NCBI GenBank assembly: GCA_051439505.1
Contig: JBFRWI010000114.1
Span: 1 to 29,169, forward strand
From: Hormoscilla sp.
GTDB lineage: Bacteria > Cyanobacteriota > Cyanobacteriia > Cyanobacteriales > Desertifilaceae
Length of the DNA: 29,169 bases
Direction: 5' to 3'
Positions 1 through 9,520 of this stretch are shown here, piece by piece. The notes below the pieces were generated by a model. That model searched no databases. It saw only the letters and a program-made list of their open reading frames with translations, and was not told the origin of the DNA. The stretch's first letter is position 1. Every line of letters starts with the position of its first letter. Both the position numbers and the translations under genes were made by a program.

Positions 1-75
1 CTGCCTGTCCCCGAGATCGAATAGTCTCTCCGGCGGCATATTTGCTAGCAAATCATTCTGGTTACTTGCATTCAT
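1..75 (-). CDS. 5' end of a probable HEAT-repeat protein paralog (runs off the left edge)
   Basis: Minus-strand ATG at 75 preceded by GGGAG. Reads MNASNQNDLLANMPPERLFDLGDRQ, open to the window edge, and resembles the N-terminus of the adjacent HEAT protein (MNAKDNHYNSAALVPDAIRGLSDKQ). Confidence 0.6.
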   Translation of the reverse strand, partial: MNASNQNDLLANMPPERLFDLGDRQ

Positions 76-170
76 GTCGGTCTCCCGATCTCTTCAGTCT
101 TTGATTCTATTATAGCATTTCTCAATCTCTTCTGCTCTATCAGGACTTTTCTCAAAAATATGCGTCATCA

Positions 171-200
171 AACCCCGATCGGCGCGGGCCGATCGGGGTT
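171..200. terminator. Perfect 13-bp inverted repeat (possible terminator or stabilising hairpin)
   Basis: AACCCCGATCGGC-gcgg-GCCGATCGGGGTT, downstream of the minus-strand HEAT gene; only a weak U-tract. Confidence 0.45.
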
Positions 201-317
201 CGCCGCCGGTTCATAGTTTGCTGCTATTTTATCACTTTCTACCCCGATCGTCCACCCAGTCAGCTAATTCGCTTTTTTCCCCGATCGAAATATATTGATA
301 CAGGTTTTTGGATCAAT

Positions 318-2327
318 TCATTCTCTCAGATATTTAGCCTGATTAATCAGGGAATAATTGTAGAAATGGCAGCGCTCTTGAATTGCCGAAATTGCCTTGA
401 GGATCTTCTCCAACTCCAGGCGTCCGGCAGTTAAGAGCCTTTCCTGCAGATGGGGTAAGGCGATCGCGCTGCCAATATTTGCTAATGCTTCTATCCCTGA
501 ATAGCGAACTAAAAAATCAGTATCCTTGACAGCTTTAATTAGTGCTGTTTCGGCGGACGAACTCTGGATATTCCCTAAAGCTTCTGCTGCCAACCCGCGC
601 ACCAAACTGCTTTCATCAGACAAGGCTCCAATTAGTGGTGCTACTACCGCCTCATTACGTATTTTCCCTAATGCTTCAGCAGCAGTGCCCCGGACTTCCC
701 AGTCCCGATCGTGCAAAGCTTTGACCAGGGGTGCTATGATTGCGGACGAACCGATTTGTCCCAAAGCTTCAATTGCCGTAGCACGAATAGTCTCGTTCTG
801 ATTTAATGCTTGTAACAGTGCTGCGGTAGCCTCTGAACCCCCGATTTTTCCTAAGGCCCTGGCAGCTACCCAAGCCAGATTAATATCTTCATGGTTCAAT
901 GCCCGAGACAATGACTCAACTGCTGCGGAACTACCAATTTTTCCTAAAGCCCCAAGCGCATTATAATGTATGCGATAATCTCCTTTCTGTAAAATTTCCA
1001 GTAGTGGCACCACGGCATCTTCACTGCCAATATTCCCCAAGGCTGCTGCCGCCGTTAAACCCACCCTCGCATCCCGATGCTGCAAAGCTGCGCACAGTGC
1101 CGGAACTGCATCTTTACTGCCGATTTTTCCTAGGGCTTCTGCGGCAGTTCCGCTCACATTAAATTCTGGAGACATCAAATTTTCGCACAAGGTCGGAACC
1201 GCCAGTTCTGAGCCAATTATTCCCAAGGCCAGGGCCGCATTTCCACTCACCAAAGGATCTTGATACTTTAAGGATCCCAGTAGAGCCTCTATAACTGCAT
1301 CGCCACCGATTTTTCCTAAAGCAGTGGCCAGAGAATCATCCTTTTCCCCCTTCTCTAATGCTTCTAGCAACCATGCTGTAGCTGCTTCGCCGCCGATATT
1401 TCCTAGGGCCTCGATCGCCGTTCCCCGCACGTCATAGCCTTCTTTGCCACGAATAGCATAATCCCGATCGCCCCAATTTTCGGGGTTTTCATCCTGCCAC
1501 AGTTGTATCAATGCTGGCACCGCTGCTTCGGAACCAATTTTTCCCAAGGCTTCCGCCGCTTGCTGATGTACGAAGATCGCAGGTTCGTAAAAGTCTTCAT
1601 ATTTCAATGCTGCTATTAATGCTGGTACGGCGGCTTCATTTCCTATTGTTCCTAGGGCCCTGGCCGCCACTGCGCAAGTCTGATAGTCAGACTCTTTGAC
1701 AACTTGGATCAGCGCCGACACTGCTGCTGGGGAACCAATTAATTCTAAGCGATCGATCGCATTGGCAGCGACTACTGATTCGGGATGCTTTAAGGCCGCG
1801 ATCAATGCTGTCGAAGCCCCTGGCGTTCTGATGTTTCCCAAGGCCACTGCTGCGGTCCCGGCCACCTGCCGATCGTCATCGTCTAAAGTTTGAGAGATAA
1901 TCGAGACAGCTTTGGGAGTACCAATTTTGCCTAAACCCTCGATCGCCATTACCCGCAGGTCAGAATCTTCCTCCTGCAAAGCTGCCAGCAAAATCTCAAT
2001 TGCCTGTTCCGAACGGGTAATACCTAACAAATAAAGCTGCAACAGTTTGCCAATTGCTAGTTTGGCCACCAAATTTACTGCCCGGGCCTGAAATTCTGGT
2101 TTTACCGCAGCTGCCAGGACCGCTCCTAACTGCAAATCTACCTCTAGGGCTAAGGATACCACCCGCAGCGCTGGGGCTGATGCTGACAGTTGCGGCAACA
2201 TCTGTGCTATAGGTTCGGTATGTCGCAGCCAATTGAGATAATCTCGTTTGAGCTGTTTGTCAGACAAACCCCGAATGGCATCCGGGACCAAAGCTGCTGA
2301 ATTATAATGATTGTCTTTTGCATTCAT
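318..2327 (-). CDS. HEAT (PBS lyase-type) repeat protein
   Basis: 669 aa with about 17 repeats of ~31 aa (consensus roughly VRxxAAxALGxIGSxxAVxxLxxAL); C-terminal AIQERCHFYNY cap. Confidence 0.9.
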   Translation of the reverse strand: MNAKDNHYNSAALVPDAIRGLSDKQLKRDYLNWLRHTEPIAQMLPQLSASAPALRVVSLALEVDLQLGAVLAAAVKPEFQARAVNLVAKLAIGKLLQLYLLGITRSEQAIEILLAALQEEDSDLRVMAIEGLGKIGTPKAVSIISQTLDDDDRQVAGTAAVALGNIRTPGASTALIAALKHPESVVAANAIDRLELIGSPAAVSALIQVVKESDYQTCAVAARALGTIGNEAAVPALIAALKYEDFYEPAIFVHQQAAEALGKIGSEAAVPALIQLWQDENPENWGDRDYAIRGKEGYDVRGTAIEALGNIGGEAATAWLLEALEKGEKDDSLATALGKIGGDAVIEALLGSLKYQDPLVSGNAALALGIIGSELAVPTLCENLMSPEFNVSGTAAEALGKIGSKDAVPALCAALQHRDARVGLTAAAALGNIGSEDAVVPLLEILQKGDYRIHYNALGALGKIGSSAAVESLSRALNHEDINLAWVAARALGKIGGSEATAALLQALNQNETIRATAIEALGQIGSSAIIAPLVKALHDRDWEVRGTAAEALGKIRNEAVVAPLIGALSDESSLVRGLAAEALGNIQSSSAETALIKAVKDTDFLVRYSGIEALANIGSAIALPHLQERLLTAGRLELEKILKAISAIQERCHFYNYSLINQAKYLRE

Positions 2328-2348
2328 ATCCTTTACACCCTGAACTTT

Positions 2349-3026
2349 ATGACTCTAATTCTAACCAACGATGATGGCATCGATGCCCCAGGCATCCGGG
2401 CGCTACGGCAGGCGCTAGATGGCAATGGTATCATTGTCGCACCTAAAGGGCAATTTTCGAGCTGCGGGCACCAAATTACCACAGATCGGCCTATTCACGT
2501 CCAGCGTCGCTCGGATACTGAATATGCTGTTGGCGGCACCCCCGCTGACTGCACTCGCCTCGCCTTCACGCATTTTTGTCCTGATGTCAAGTGGGTCTTA
2601 TCTGGCATTAATGCGGGGGGCAATTTGGGAGTTGATGTCTATATGTCTGGAACTGTCGCTGCTGTTCGAGAAGCTGCTTTTCACGGTATCCCTGGCATTG
2701 CTATTTCTCACTGGATTAAAAAACCCCTGGTAATTGATTGGGAACGGGCGATCGCATTGACTGCTATGCTATTGGCAGACCTCTTCTCTCGTCCTTTTGA
2801 AACCGGTAGCTTCTGGAACGTGAATTTGCCTCATCTCGAACCTGGCGATCCTGACCCAGATATAATATTCTGTGAACCCAGTACCCATCCTTTACCTGTA
2901 GGATATCGGGTGGAAGGAGAAGAGTATTATTACGTGGGAAACTACGATCAGCGCGATCGGGCTCCTGGTACGGATGTCGATGTTTGCTTTTCTGGTAATA
3001 TCGCTGTTACCAAAATCAGTCTTTAG
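2349..3026 (+). CDS. surE: 5'/3'-nucleotidase SurE
   Basis: Motifs ILTNDDG, GTPADC, SGINAGGN, YMSGTVAA and NVNLP. Start moved to the ATG at 2349 (MTLILTNDDG). Confidence 0.93.
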   Translation: MTLILTNDDGIDAPGIRALRQALDGNGIIVAPKGQFSSCGHQITTDRPIHVQRRSDTEYAVGGTPADCTRLAFTHFCPDVKWVLSGINAGGNLGVDVYMSGTVAAVREAAFHGIPGIAISHWIKKPLVIDWERAIALTAMLLADLFSRPFETGSFWNVNLPHLEPGDPDPDIIFCEPSTHPLPVGYRVEGEEYYYVGNYDQRDRAPGTDVDVCFSGNIAVTKISL

Positions 3027-5032
3027 TCATCGATAACTCCCCCAGAGTATTCTCCATCCTTGTTGTTGAGAACGTCGTCATCGTCTCGACCCCGATCGCG
3101 TTCTATAACTGTCGGCTGAAAATAATATTTATCGGACTTTGGGGTGGGATCTTCATCGGCATAGAAGCGATAGAATAAGGGTTCATCCTTAAAGCCATGT
3201 TCGTCCAGGACATGGTGAATTAACCCTTCTGAGACCATTAATTCTCCGATCGTAATCGCTTCGGGTCTGGTAGCTTTTTCATTTTCCATCAACCAGTCTA
3301 CTGCTTCGCACCCGACAAAGCATTTGCTAAACAGCTTCAGACCCGATCGGCGGTCTTTAATTTCCACTCCCTCTGGTCCCCGCATCTGGGAAGCGATCGC
3401 CTGCCAATCATATTCTGGTTGCAGGACCGGGGGTGCTGGGATATCATTATCTTTATCATCCCTGGCCGCCCGTTCTCGATAGTAAAACTCCGGTCTATCT
3501 GTTTGGCCCTGCCAACTGGCGGCCAGGTCTTCAAATTGAGGGATATTTACCTGTAAAGAACGCTGGGGAAAAGGAATTTCGATATTATATTTGCGCAGAT
3601 CGGCTTCCACCCGATTGTAAAGCAGAGTTCTCACCTTGGGTTCGGACAGGGGGTTGCGAATAAACACCACTACCCGAAAATTGAGGGCGCTATCGCCAAA
3701 CCCCCGAAACTTCACCTTGGGGGGAGGATGGCGTAAAATATCTGGATGCATCGCTTGAGCAGCTTGACCGGCAGCTAAAAGCACTTTATACACTAATTCC
3801 ATCTCCACACCATAGGCGACCCCGACATAGACTTTCACGCGAGTCAGTCCGCTACGATTCCAGTTTTGCACCTCCCCTTCGATAAACCGAGAATTGGGTA
3901 TGATTACAATTACTCGTTCGATGGTAGAAATCTCGGTAACTCGCGGACCGATGCGTTGGACTAAACCCTGAAACTCCCCGACTTGGACTAATTCACCGAC
4001 CTTGATCGGGCGATCGAAGATCACGATCAAGCCGCTGATGAAATCTTTAGCAATATTTTGCAGTCCGAAGCCAATTCCTACCCCCAGGACGCTGATGAGA
4101 ATGGCCAGGGAACGAAAGTCAATCCCGCCAACGGTGAGGATCAACAGAGAACCTAAGAAAATTAACCCGTAGCGGATGAAATAGGCGATCGAGTCTTGGA
4201 TAGTTTGGTCTCCTCCCGCTAAGGGTAATATCTGAGATTTCAGCAGTTTTGTCAACCAACCGACCCCCAGCCACAGTCCCAGTGTTAAGACCGCCATCAG
4301 CAGCAGTCGGTTGAGGGAAACTGCTTCTTCTCCTAAGGTAAAAATCTCCGCCGAAAATGTCGTGATTAACAGTTGTCCGGCTTTGTAAAACCAGCGACGA
4401 GTCCAGGGGAATAAATTCACGATATAACCAGCAACTGCTATCCCTACCCCGATCCGCAGTAGCAACAGTCCTAACAATTGCCAAGATCCACTTACCTGAC
4501 CATATCTTTGCAACTGTCGGCGTCTATACCGCCTGCCTATCCAGAACAGTCCGCATTCTAGAGCGATCGCCCCTATTATACTCCCCAAAGTCAGTTTGAT
4601 CGCCAGAGTTTTGTAAGCAGCTGTTCGCTCATATTTTGCTAAGGCGATCGCCTTCTGGAGAGTTTCTTGCCATATTTGCGCCTGTTCTGCTAAAGTCATC
4701 CCTGGAATGGTATCGCGTTCCGTCACCGTCACCAGATGCCGGTCATTTATCCGCAGGGTGATTTGTTCGTTCTGCTGGGCTATTTTTACCGACAGCGCCA
4801 TGCCCGATCGCAATGTCGTATCTAGTTTTTCCTCTAGCAGGGCATTAATATTTTGCGCCAGTTCGGCGGCAGGGAACTCCCCAGGAACACTCACCCGAAA
4901 CAACTCCCTGCCATCCAACATCACTGGCACCTTTACTACCGCCTTCTCTGGAGGCTTTTCTGCCCATGCTGGCCCGAAAATTAACAAGCACAGCAGCACG
5001 AGTAGCAAGGCCACAATTATTTTTTTCCTCAT
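3023..5032 (-). CDS. Mechanosensitive channel MscS-family protein with C-terminal DEP domain
   Basis: Signal peptide and several hydrophobic segments. MscS motifs GVGIGFGLQNIAKDFISGLIVIFDRPIKVGE and IEIPFPQR. DEP-like tail IKDRR..CFVGCEAVDWL..GLIHHVLDEHGFKDEPLFYRF. Confidence 0.88.
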   Translation of the reverse strand: MRKKIIVALLLVLLCLLIFGPAWAEKPPEKAVVKVPVMLDGRELFRVSVPGEFPAAELAQNINALLEEKLDTTLRSGMALSVKIAQQNEQITLRINDRHLVTVTERDTIPGMTLAEQAQIWQETLQKAIALAKYERTAAYKTLAIKLTLGSIIGAIALECGLFWIGRRYRRRQLQRYGQVSGSWQLLGLLLLRIGVGIAVAGYIVNLFPWTRRWFYKAGQLLITTFSAEIFTLGEEAVSLNRLLLMAVLTLGLWLGVGWLTKLLKSQILPLAGGDQTIQDSIAYFIRYGLIFLGSLLILTVGGIDFRSLAILISVLGVGIGFGLQNIAKDFISGLIVIFDRPIKVGELVQVGEFQGLVQRIGPRVTEISTIERVIVIIPNSRFIEGEVQNWNRSGLTRVKVYVGVAYGVEMELVYKVLLAAGQAAQAMHPDILRHPPPKVKFRGFGDSALNFRVVVFIRNPLSEPKVRTLLYNRVEADLRKYNIEIPFPQRSLQVNIPQFEDLAASWQGQTDRPEFYYRERAARDDKDNDIPAPPVLQPEYDWQAIASQMRGPEGVEIKDRRSGLKLFSKCFVGCEAVDWLMENEKATRPEAITIGELMVSEGLIHHVLDEHGFKDEPLFYRFYADEDPTPKSDKYYFQPTVIERDRGRDDDDVLNNKDGEYSGGVIDD

Positions 5033-5051
5033 ATTTTATCTTCGTTGTCAT

Positions 5052-5113
5052 CCCGCCGGGGGTTCAAACCCAAAGGCTAGAGGCTCAAGTCGGTTAAAAT
5101 TAAAACCGACTAA
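5052..5113. repeat. Dispersed palindromic REP/MITE-like element, family A, copy 1
   Basis: CCCGCCGGGGGTTCAAACCC...GTCGGTTAAAA(ttaaaa)CCGACTAA; related copies at 9033-9109 and 26745-26798. Confidence 0.75.
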
Positions 5114-5236
5114 CCATTTGACCCTCGTTCTCAGCTCCAAGTATACTTGTTAAGGGACATGACTAAGCTGTCGCGCATTTAAATTGCATGGATATGGATC
5201 CAAATGCAGCAAACCCTTGCGCTCAAAGTTTTTCCC

Positions 5237-5327
5237 AATTTTGAATTATGAATTTTGAATTTTGAATTGCTTATGAGGTACAGTCTAGGATAAGGCAATT
5301 CACCATTAACCATTAACAATCAACAAT
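5237..5327. repeat. Heptamer tandem repeats (AATTTTG and CATTAAC types, STRR-like)
   Basis: AATTTTG/AATTATG x4-5 at 5237-5269; CATTAAC/AATCAAC at 5304-5327. Confidence 0.7.
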
Positions 5328-5330
5328 GTC

Positions 5331-6257
5331 ATGAGAATCTTAATTATGGGTGGCACCCGCTTTATCGGAGTTTACCTCACGCAAATTTTGGTCGCACAAG
5401 GTCATGAAGTTGTGCTGTTTAATCGCGGCAATCAACCGGCACCTGTCGCGGGCGTCACCCAAATTCATGGCGATCGCACCGACCCGGCCCAACTCCGGGA
5501 CAATCTTTCCCAGGAAAACTTTGACGCCATCTTTGATAACAATGGCCGCAAACTCAGCGACACTCAACCCCTTGCTGACATGTTTAAGGACAAGGTCCAG
5601 CATTTTGTCTACATGAGTTCTGCTGGGGTCTATCTTCAATCTGACCAAATGCCCCATCTAGAAGGGGATGCGATCGACCCCAATTCCCGCCACAAGGGTA
5701 AGTATGAAACGGAAGCATATCTGCAAAAACTGGGTTTGCCCTTTACTGCCATTCGTCCCACCTATATCTACGGACCCAAGAATTATAATCCTTTGGAGTC
5801 CTGGTTCTTTGACCGGATTGTGCGCGATCGCCCCATTCCCATTCCCGGCCATGGCTATCATATCACCCAACTGGGACATTGTCAAGACTTGGCCCGGGCG
5901 ATGGCCGCTGTCTTGGGAAACTCTCAAGCGATCGGGCAGATCTATAATGTATCGGGCGATCGCTACGTCACCTTTAACGGATTAGCCCGTGCTTGCGCCC
6001 AAGCTGCTGGCAAATCACCCGATAGTATTAATCTAGTACATTACGACCCGAAAAAGTTTGATTTCGGCAAGCGGAAAGCCTTCCCCCTGCGATTGCAGCA
6101 TTTCTTCGCTGACGTACATAAAGCCATGAATGAACTTAATTGGCAAGCAGAATTTGACCTGCTTTCGGGACTGAAAGATTCCTTCGGTAATGATTACCTA
6201 ACTCAGGGTAAAGATAAGGCGGAAGTTGACTTTTCCGTCGATGATGAAATCATCTAA
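5331..6257 (+). CDS. NAD-dependent epimerase/dehydratase, CSP41b-like (chloroplast stem-loop RNA-binding protein homolog)
   Basis: Rossmann motif ILIMGGTRFIG, plus YMSSAGVY, IRPTYIYGP and YDPKKFDFGKRKAFPLRLQHFFA, typical of the cyanobacterial/plastid CSP41 family. Confidence 0.85.
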   Translation: MRILIMGGTRFIGVYLTQILVAQGHEVVLFNRGNQPAPVAGVTQIHGDRTDPAQLRDNLSQENFDAIFDNNGRKLSDTQPLADMFKDKVQHFVYMSSAGVYLQSDQMPHLEGDAIDPNSRHKGKYETEAYLQKLGLPFTAIRPTYIYGPKNYNPLESWFFDRIVRDRPIPIPGHGYHITQLGHCQDLARAMAAVLGNSQAIGQIYNVSGDRYVTFNGLARACAQAAGKSPDSINLVHYDPKKFDFGKRKAFPLRLQHFFADVHKAMNELNWQAEFDLLSGLKDSFGNDYLTQGKDKAEVDFSVDDEII

Positions 6258-6263
6258 ATGTCG

Positions 6264-6280
6264 GGTGGGCACTGCCCACC
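6264..6280. repeat. GTAG-type REP-like palindrome, family B
   Basis: GGTGGGCACTGCCCACC immediately after the stop codon; related copies at 15384-15403, 15421-15441 and 26677-26697. Confidence 0.7.
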
Positions 6281-6405
6281 TGACGCTGAATTATACAGAT
6301 TATCCCTTGCCTCTGTTTTACCATGTTCTGGGTAACAAACGTCAACCCAACCAAAGAGATGTCATGCATTGCAGTGTACCCATAACCAACTACCCAGACA
6401 TAATT

Positions 6406-7524
6406 TTATCTAGGAAAAGTTGGCAGGTCAATTGCGGCCAGGGACTTAATCTTCTTGTGGGGACGCAGGGGATAAACTAGAGGTGACGGGGAGTTTGTCG
6501 GGGAAAGCAGGGGCAATGTCTCGGCATTCTCAGAACTATTACTTGAGGCGATCTCTTCGCTAATTTTACTTTCTTGCCCTGCCGAAGTAACATCGCCAAT
6601 TTCTTCTGACTCTGGACCTTGAATTGCTGTTATCGGTGCATCACTCTCCACCTCTGTTACTGTCACGTCCTCCGCCCAGGGGTCACTTTCTTGCCATTCG
6701 ACATCTTCTAATTGTGCCGATTTTTCCGGAACGGTGTCTGGTGCGGAGACGGGGGCGGGGTCGGAAGGAACCTGAGTTTCGATTAGTTGCTCCTGCAAGG
6801 CAGTCGGCGTCTCATGATTTACTGTAGAACTATCGGCAGTTTTTGGCCAGTCAGATGAACTGATGGCATGTATTGGCAGTTCTGAGTTCAGTTCCAGATC
6901 GCCTCCAGGCCCTGTCAATCCCAATGTCGCTGACCACGGTTTAATTGCTGGAGATTTCGGCACAAAGCCCTGTTTATTGAAGGCAAAGAAGTCCCTGTCT
7001 TTATCGGTGCTGGTAGCAGGGCCATCACCCCGATCGCTCGCCGTCACCTCCAGGCATTTTTCCAGGGCATTTTTGAATTGCAGGGTGTAGCGTTGCTGCC
7101 GGTACAGACGCGATCGCAAATCTCGGCAAATCGTTTCTGCTTGGGAAAGCTTAGTTGTCTGTTCCTCATAGCGTTGCTGAGTGAGAGCGCAATCTCGTTC
7201 TAACTGGGCCACTTGTTCTTGGTTAGTTTCCAACTGGGAACGGAGTGTTTCTATCAGAATTTGTTGGCGTTCGGAAGTTTGCACGGAAAGTTCCAGTTGC
7301 TGCATCAGTTGCTTATTTCGATCCTGATATTCCTGGACTTGCTGTTGAGCTTCTGCAAATTGAGCTTCTAACTGCATCACCCGATCGGACAGGTCAGTAT
7401 TTTTCTCTACCTGGCCTGCTGTCGCTTGCAAGTCTTGTACTGGAGACTCACTTGACTCTAATTGTTGGTTTTCACCCAGTTCCCCTGTTGGCAGGTTATT
7501 CGGGGTGTCAGCTGGTTGAGACAT
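6406..7524 (-). CDS. Hypothetical protein, N-terminal coiled coil and acidic low-complexity C-terminal half
   Basis: 372-aa ORF with a Q/E-rich heptad region (LRSRLYRQQRYTLQFKNALEKCL) and a C-terminal SPSPLVYPLRP..KSLAAIDLPTFPR motif resembling a conserved cyanobacterial hypothetical family. Confidence 0.8.
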   Translation of the reverse strand: MSQPADTPNNLPTGELGENQQLESSESPVQDLQATAGQVEKNTDLSDRVMQLEAQFAEAQQQVQEYQDRNKQLMQQLELSVQTSERQQILIETLRSQLETNQEQVAQLERDCALTQQRYEEQTTKLSQAETICRDLRSRLYRQQRYTLQFKNALEKCLEVTASDRGDGPATSTDKDRDFFAFNKQGFVPKSPAIKPWSATLGLTGPGGDLELNSELPIHAISSSDWPKTADSSTVNHETPTALQEQLIETQVPSDPAPVSAPDTVPEKSAQLEDVEWQESDPWAEDVTVTEVESDAPITAIQGPESEEIGDVTSAGQESKISEEIASSNSSENAETLPLLSPTNSPSPLVYPLRPHKKIKSLAAIDLPTFPR

Positions 7525-7616
7525 AATTTTTCCTGGCTAATCTTGCGGTCAAAATGGGCATCTCTATTGCTCGATTGCGGGGTTGTCGCTGACACCCCAC
7601 TACTAATAGTACAATT

Positions 7617-8684
7617 TTAATCTATCTTCTCTCCCTGTGGAACTAAAACTTGATGTAATAAATTTTGATGAATCAGGGCCCGGTCTACAAGGGTCTGAAT
7701 TTGATTGGCATCTAGGGGTTTTCTCTGGCGATAATGTGCTAACCAGGTTTTGCTCAGAAGTTGGGGTTCTCTGGGCATTTGGGCTAACTGCCATCCCGGT
7801 ATATCCAGTTCTGCCATCAGTTGATCTATCTTGGGATCGTAACTGAGGGCAATGCACTGGCATGGGGCTGCTGCTGCCATAATGATGGCATGTAGGCGCA
7901 TGGCGATCGCCATTTCGACGCCTTGAAAAACACCTTTGAGTAATCCTGGATCTGAGAGAATGAGAATTTGGCTGACTCCCGGTAGTTGGGGTGCGATGGC
8001 CTGGGCGATCGGCAAATCTCGGTCTTTTTGAAAGGGGAGTAGTAAGATATTAGCATGGGTAGCTTGCTGAAATTCTACCAGAGCGCCCGAGATGATGTCC
8101 AGTTCTGCCGCTGTGAGGGTGCGGTGTTCGCGCAATGTGACGGCGACTCTCGGTTTTGGTAGGTCCAGCAGTTGTTCCACTGGTTTTGATTCTAAGGCCC
8201 AAACGGGATCTGGTGCTAGTTTATAGTGTATTTGCCATGCTTGTAGGAGTGCTGCTGAGGCCCGATCGCGGACCGAGACCGCCGTACAACCAGCAAAGGT
8301 CCGCCGCGCGATCGCCCGAGTCAGGGGACGTTGTAGGGGGCCAATTCCCTGGGCCCAAGCAATGGTTTTCAAGCCCAGATATTGTGCTAATCCCATCAAA
8401 CTACAGTAGTATAGAGGACTAAGGGAGCTAGTGGCGTCTTGGATCAAACTACCGCCGCCCCAGATGAAAACCTCTGAGTTCCGTAACGCTGACAGGACTT
8501 GGGATGGTGAAAAGCGATCGCGGCTTTCCACCCCATAGCGAGACTGAGTTTGGCCTGGATTTCCTGACAATACTAATGGCGTCACATTTGACGGTAACAT
8601 TTGCAATAGGGTTGCCAACAATGCCTCATCGCCGCCATTCCCTTTTCCATAATAGCCGCACAATACTGCCTTAATTTTCTTCAT
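7617..8684 (-). CDS. csaB: Polysaccharide pyruvyl transferase CsaB
   Basis: Motifs GYYGKGNGGDEALL, GGGSLIQDATS, AQGIGPL, SVRD, MRLHA and SYDPK. Confidence 0.92.
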   Translation of the reverse strand: MKKIKAVLCGYYGKGNGGDEALLATLLQMLPSNVTPLVLSGNPGQTQSRYGVESRDRFSPSQVLSALRNSEVFIWGGGSLIQDATSSLSPLYYCSLMGLAQYLGLKTIAWAQGIGPLQRPLTRAIARRTFAGCTAVSVRDRASAALLQAWQIHYKLAPDPVWALESKPVEQLLDLPKPRVAVTLREHRTLTAAELDIISGALVEFQQATHANILLLPFQKDRDLPIAQAIAPQLPGVSQILILSDPGLLKGVFQGVEMAIAMRLHAIIMAAAAPCQCIALSYDPKIDQLMAELDIPGWQLAQMPREPQLLSKTWLAHYRQRKPLDANQIQTLVDRALIHQNLLHQVLVPQGEKID

Positions 8685-8710
8685 TTTCTGTCTATTCTCA
8701 ATAGTAATTC

Positions 8711-9013
8711 ATGCAGGCTCTATCAATTCCCACTTGGATCATTCATATCTCTAGCGTCATTGAGTGGATCGCCGCCATCTGGTATATCTGGACTTATGGC
8801 GAACTGACGCGCGATCGCACTTGGTACGGGTTATCATTAGCAATGCTACCAGCATTAATCAGCGCCATGTGTGCTTGCACCTGGCATTTTTTTGATAACC
8901 CAGCATCTCTAGAATGGCTCGTTACTCTCCAAGCAGCGATGACGGTGTTGAATAACTGCACGGTCTGTGCTGCTGGTTGGTGGATTTGGCGATCTAGTCT
9001 GGGCCAACGGTAA
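8711..9013 (+). CDS. ycf49: Ycf49-like DUF2499 membrane protein
   Basis: ALSIPTWIIHISSVIEWIAAI...SAMCACTWHFFDN...WLVTLQA signature. Confidence 0.85.
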   Translation: MQALSIPTWIIHISSVIEWIAAIWYIWTYGELTRDRTWYGLSLAMLPALISAMCACTWHFFDNPASLEWLVTLQAAMTVLNNCTVCAAGWWIWRSSLGQR

Positions 9014-9032
9014 TCGGTCTCTTCGCTGTTAC

Positions 9033-9109
9033 CCCGCCGGGGGTTCAAACCCCCGCGTTACCAGGCGGGAGCCAGGTAACTCGGCTTTGTGTCGGTTAAA
9101 ACCGACTAA
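9033..9109. repeat. REP/MITE-like element family A, copy 2, containing a nested palindrome
   Basis: CCCGCCGGGGGTTCAAACCCCCG-[CGTTACCAGGCGGGAGCCAGGTAAC]-...GTCGGTTAAAACCGACTAA. Confidence 0.75.
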
Positions 9110-9170
9110 TCAAATCATGCTTCAACTAATTGTAGCATTGTTAACAATGTATTATCATTGTTCGATCGCC

Positions 9171-9198
9171 AATTAACAATTAACAATTAACAATTGAC
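9171..9198. repeat. Heptamer tandem repeat (AATTAAC x4)
   Basis: AATTAAC AATTAAC AATTAAC AATTGAC just upstream of the DUF3593 start. Confidence 0.75.
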
Positions 9199-9204
9199 AA
9201 ATAT

Positions 9205-9495
9205 ATGATTTCTAAAGACACGCTGTTTGCGTTATCCTTGTTTCCCTACCTGGGATTTTTGTGGTTTATTACCCGATCGGGCAAAATGCCGCGTTTATCC
9301 CTGATTGGATTTTACATGACATTAGTGTTTGTTGGCGTCACCATCCCAGCTGGAATTTACTCCAAGGTAGCCTATGGTGAATCTTTAGCCAATGTAGATT
9401 GGCTGCACGGTAGTGCGGAGTTCTTTTTAACCCTGTCAAATATTTTGATTGTCTTGGGTTTCTATCAAGCTGTGAGGGAGAAAAGGCAGGAATGA
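9205..9495 (+). CDS. DUF3593 family membrane protein
   Basis: LFALSLFPYLGFLWF...FVGVTIPAGIY...LANVDWLHGSAEFFLTLSN; this family is usually paired with DUF2499. Confidence 0.85.
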   Translation: MISKDTLFALSLFPYLGFLWFITRSGKMPRLSLIGFYMTLVFVGVTIPAGIYSKVAYGESLANVDWLHGSAEFFLTLSNILIVLGFYQAVREKRQE

Positions 9496-9520
9496 ACGGA
9501 ATCATGTAAATTTTGAGAGC

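Noticed and set aside
318..2327. Phycobiliprotein lyase (CpcE/CpcF) assignment
   Set aside because: Far longer than CpcE/F, made almost entirely of generic repeats, and with no phycobilisome genes nearby.
2307..2348. N-terminal extension of SurE in the ORF track
   Set aside because: It overlaps the divergent HEAT gene start, and SurE proteins begin just before ILTNDDG.
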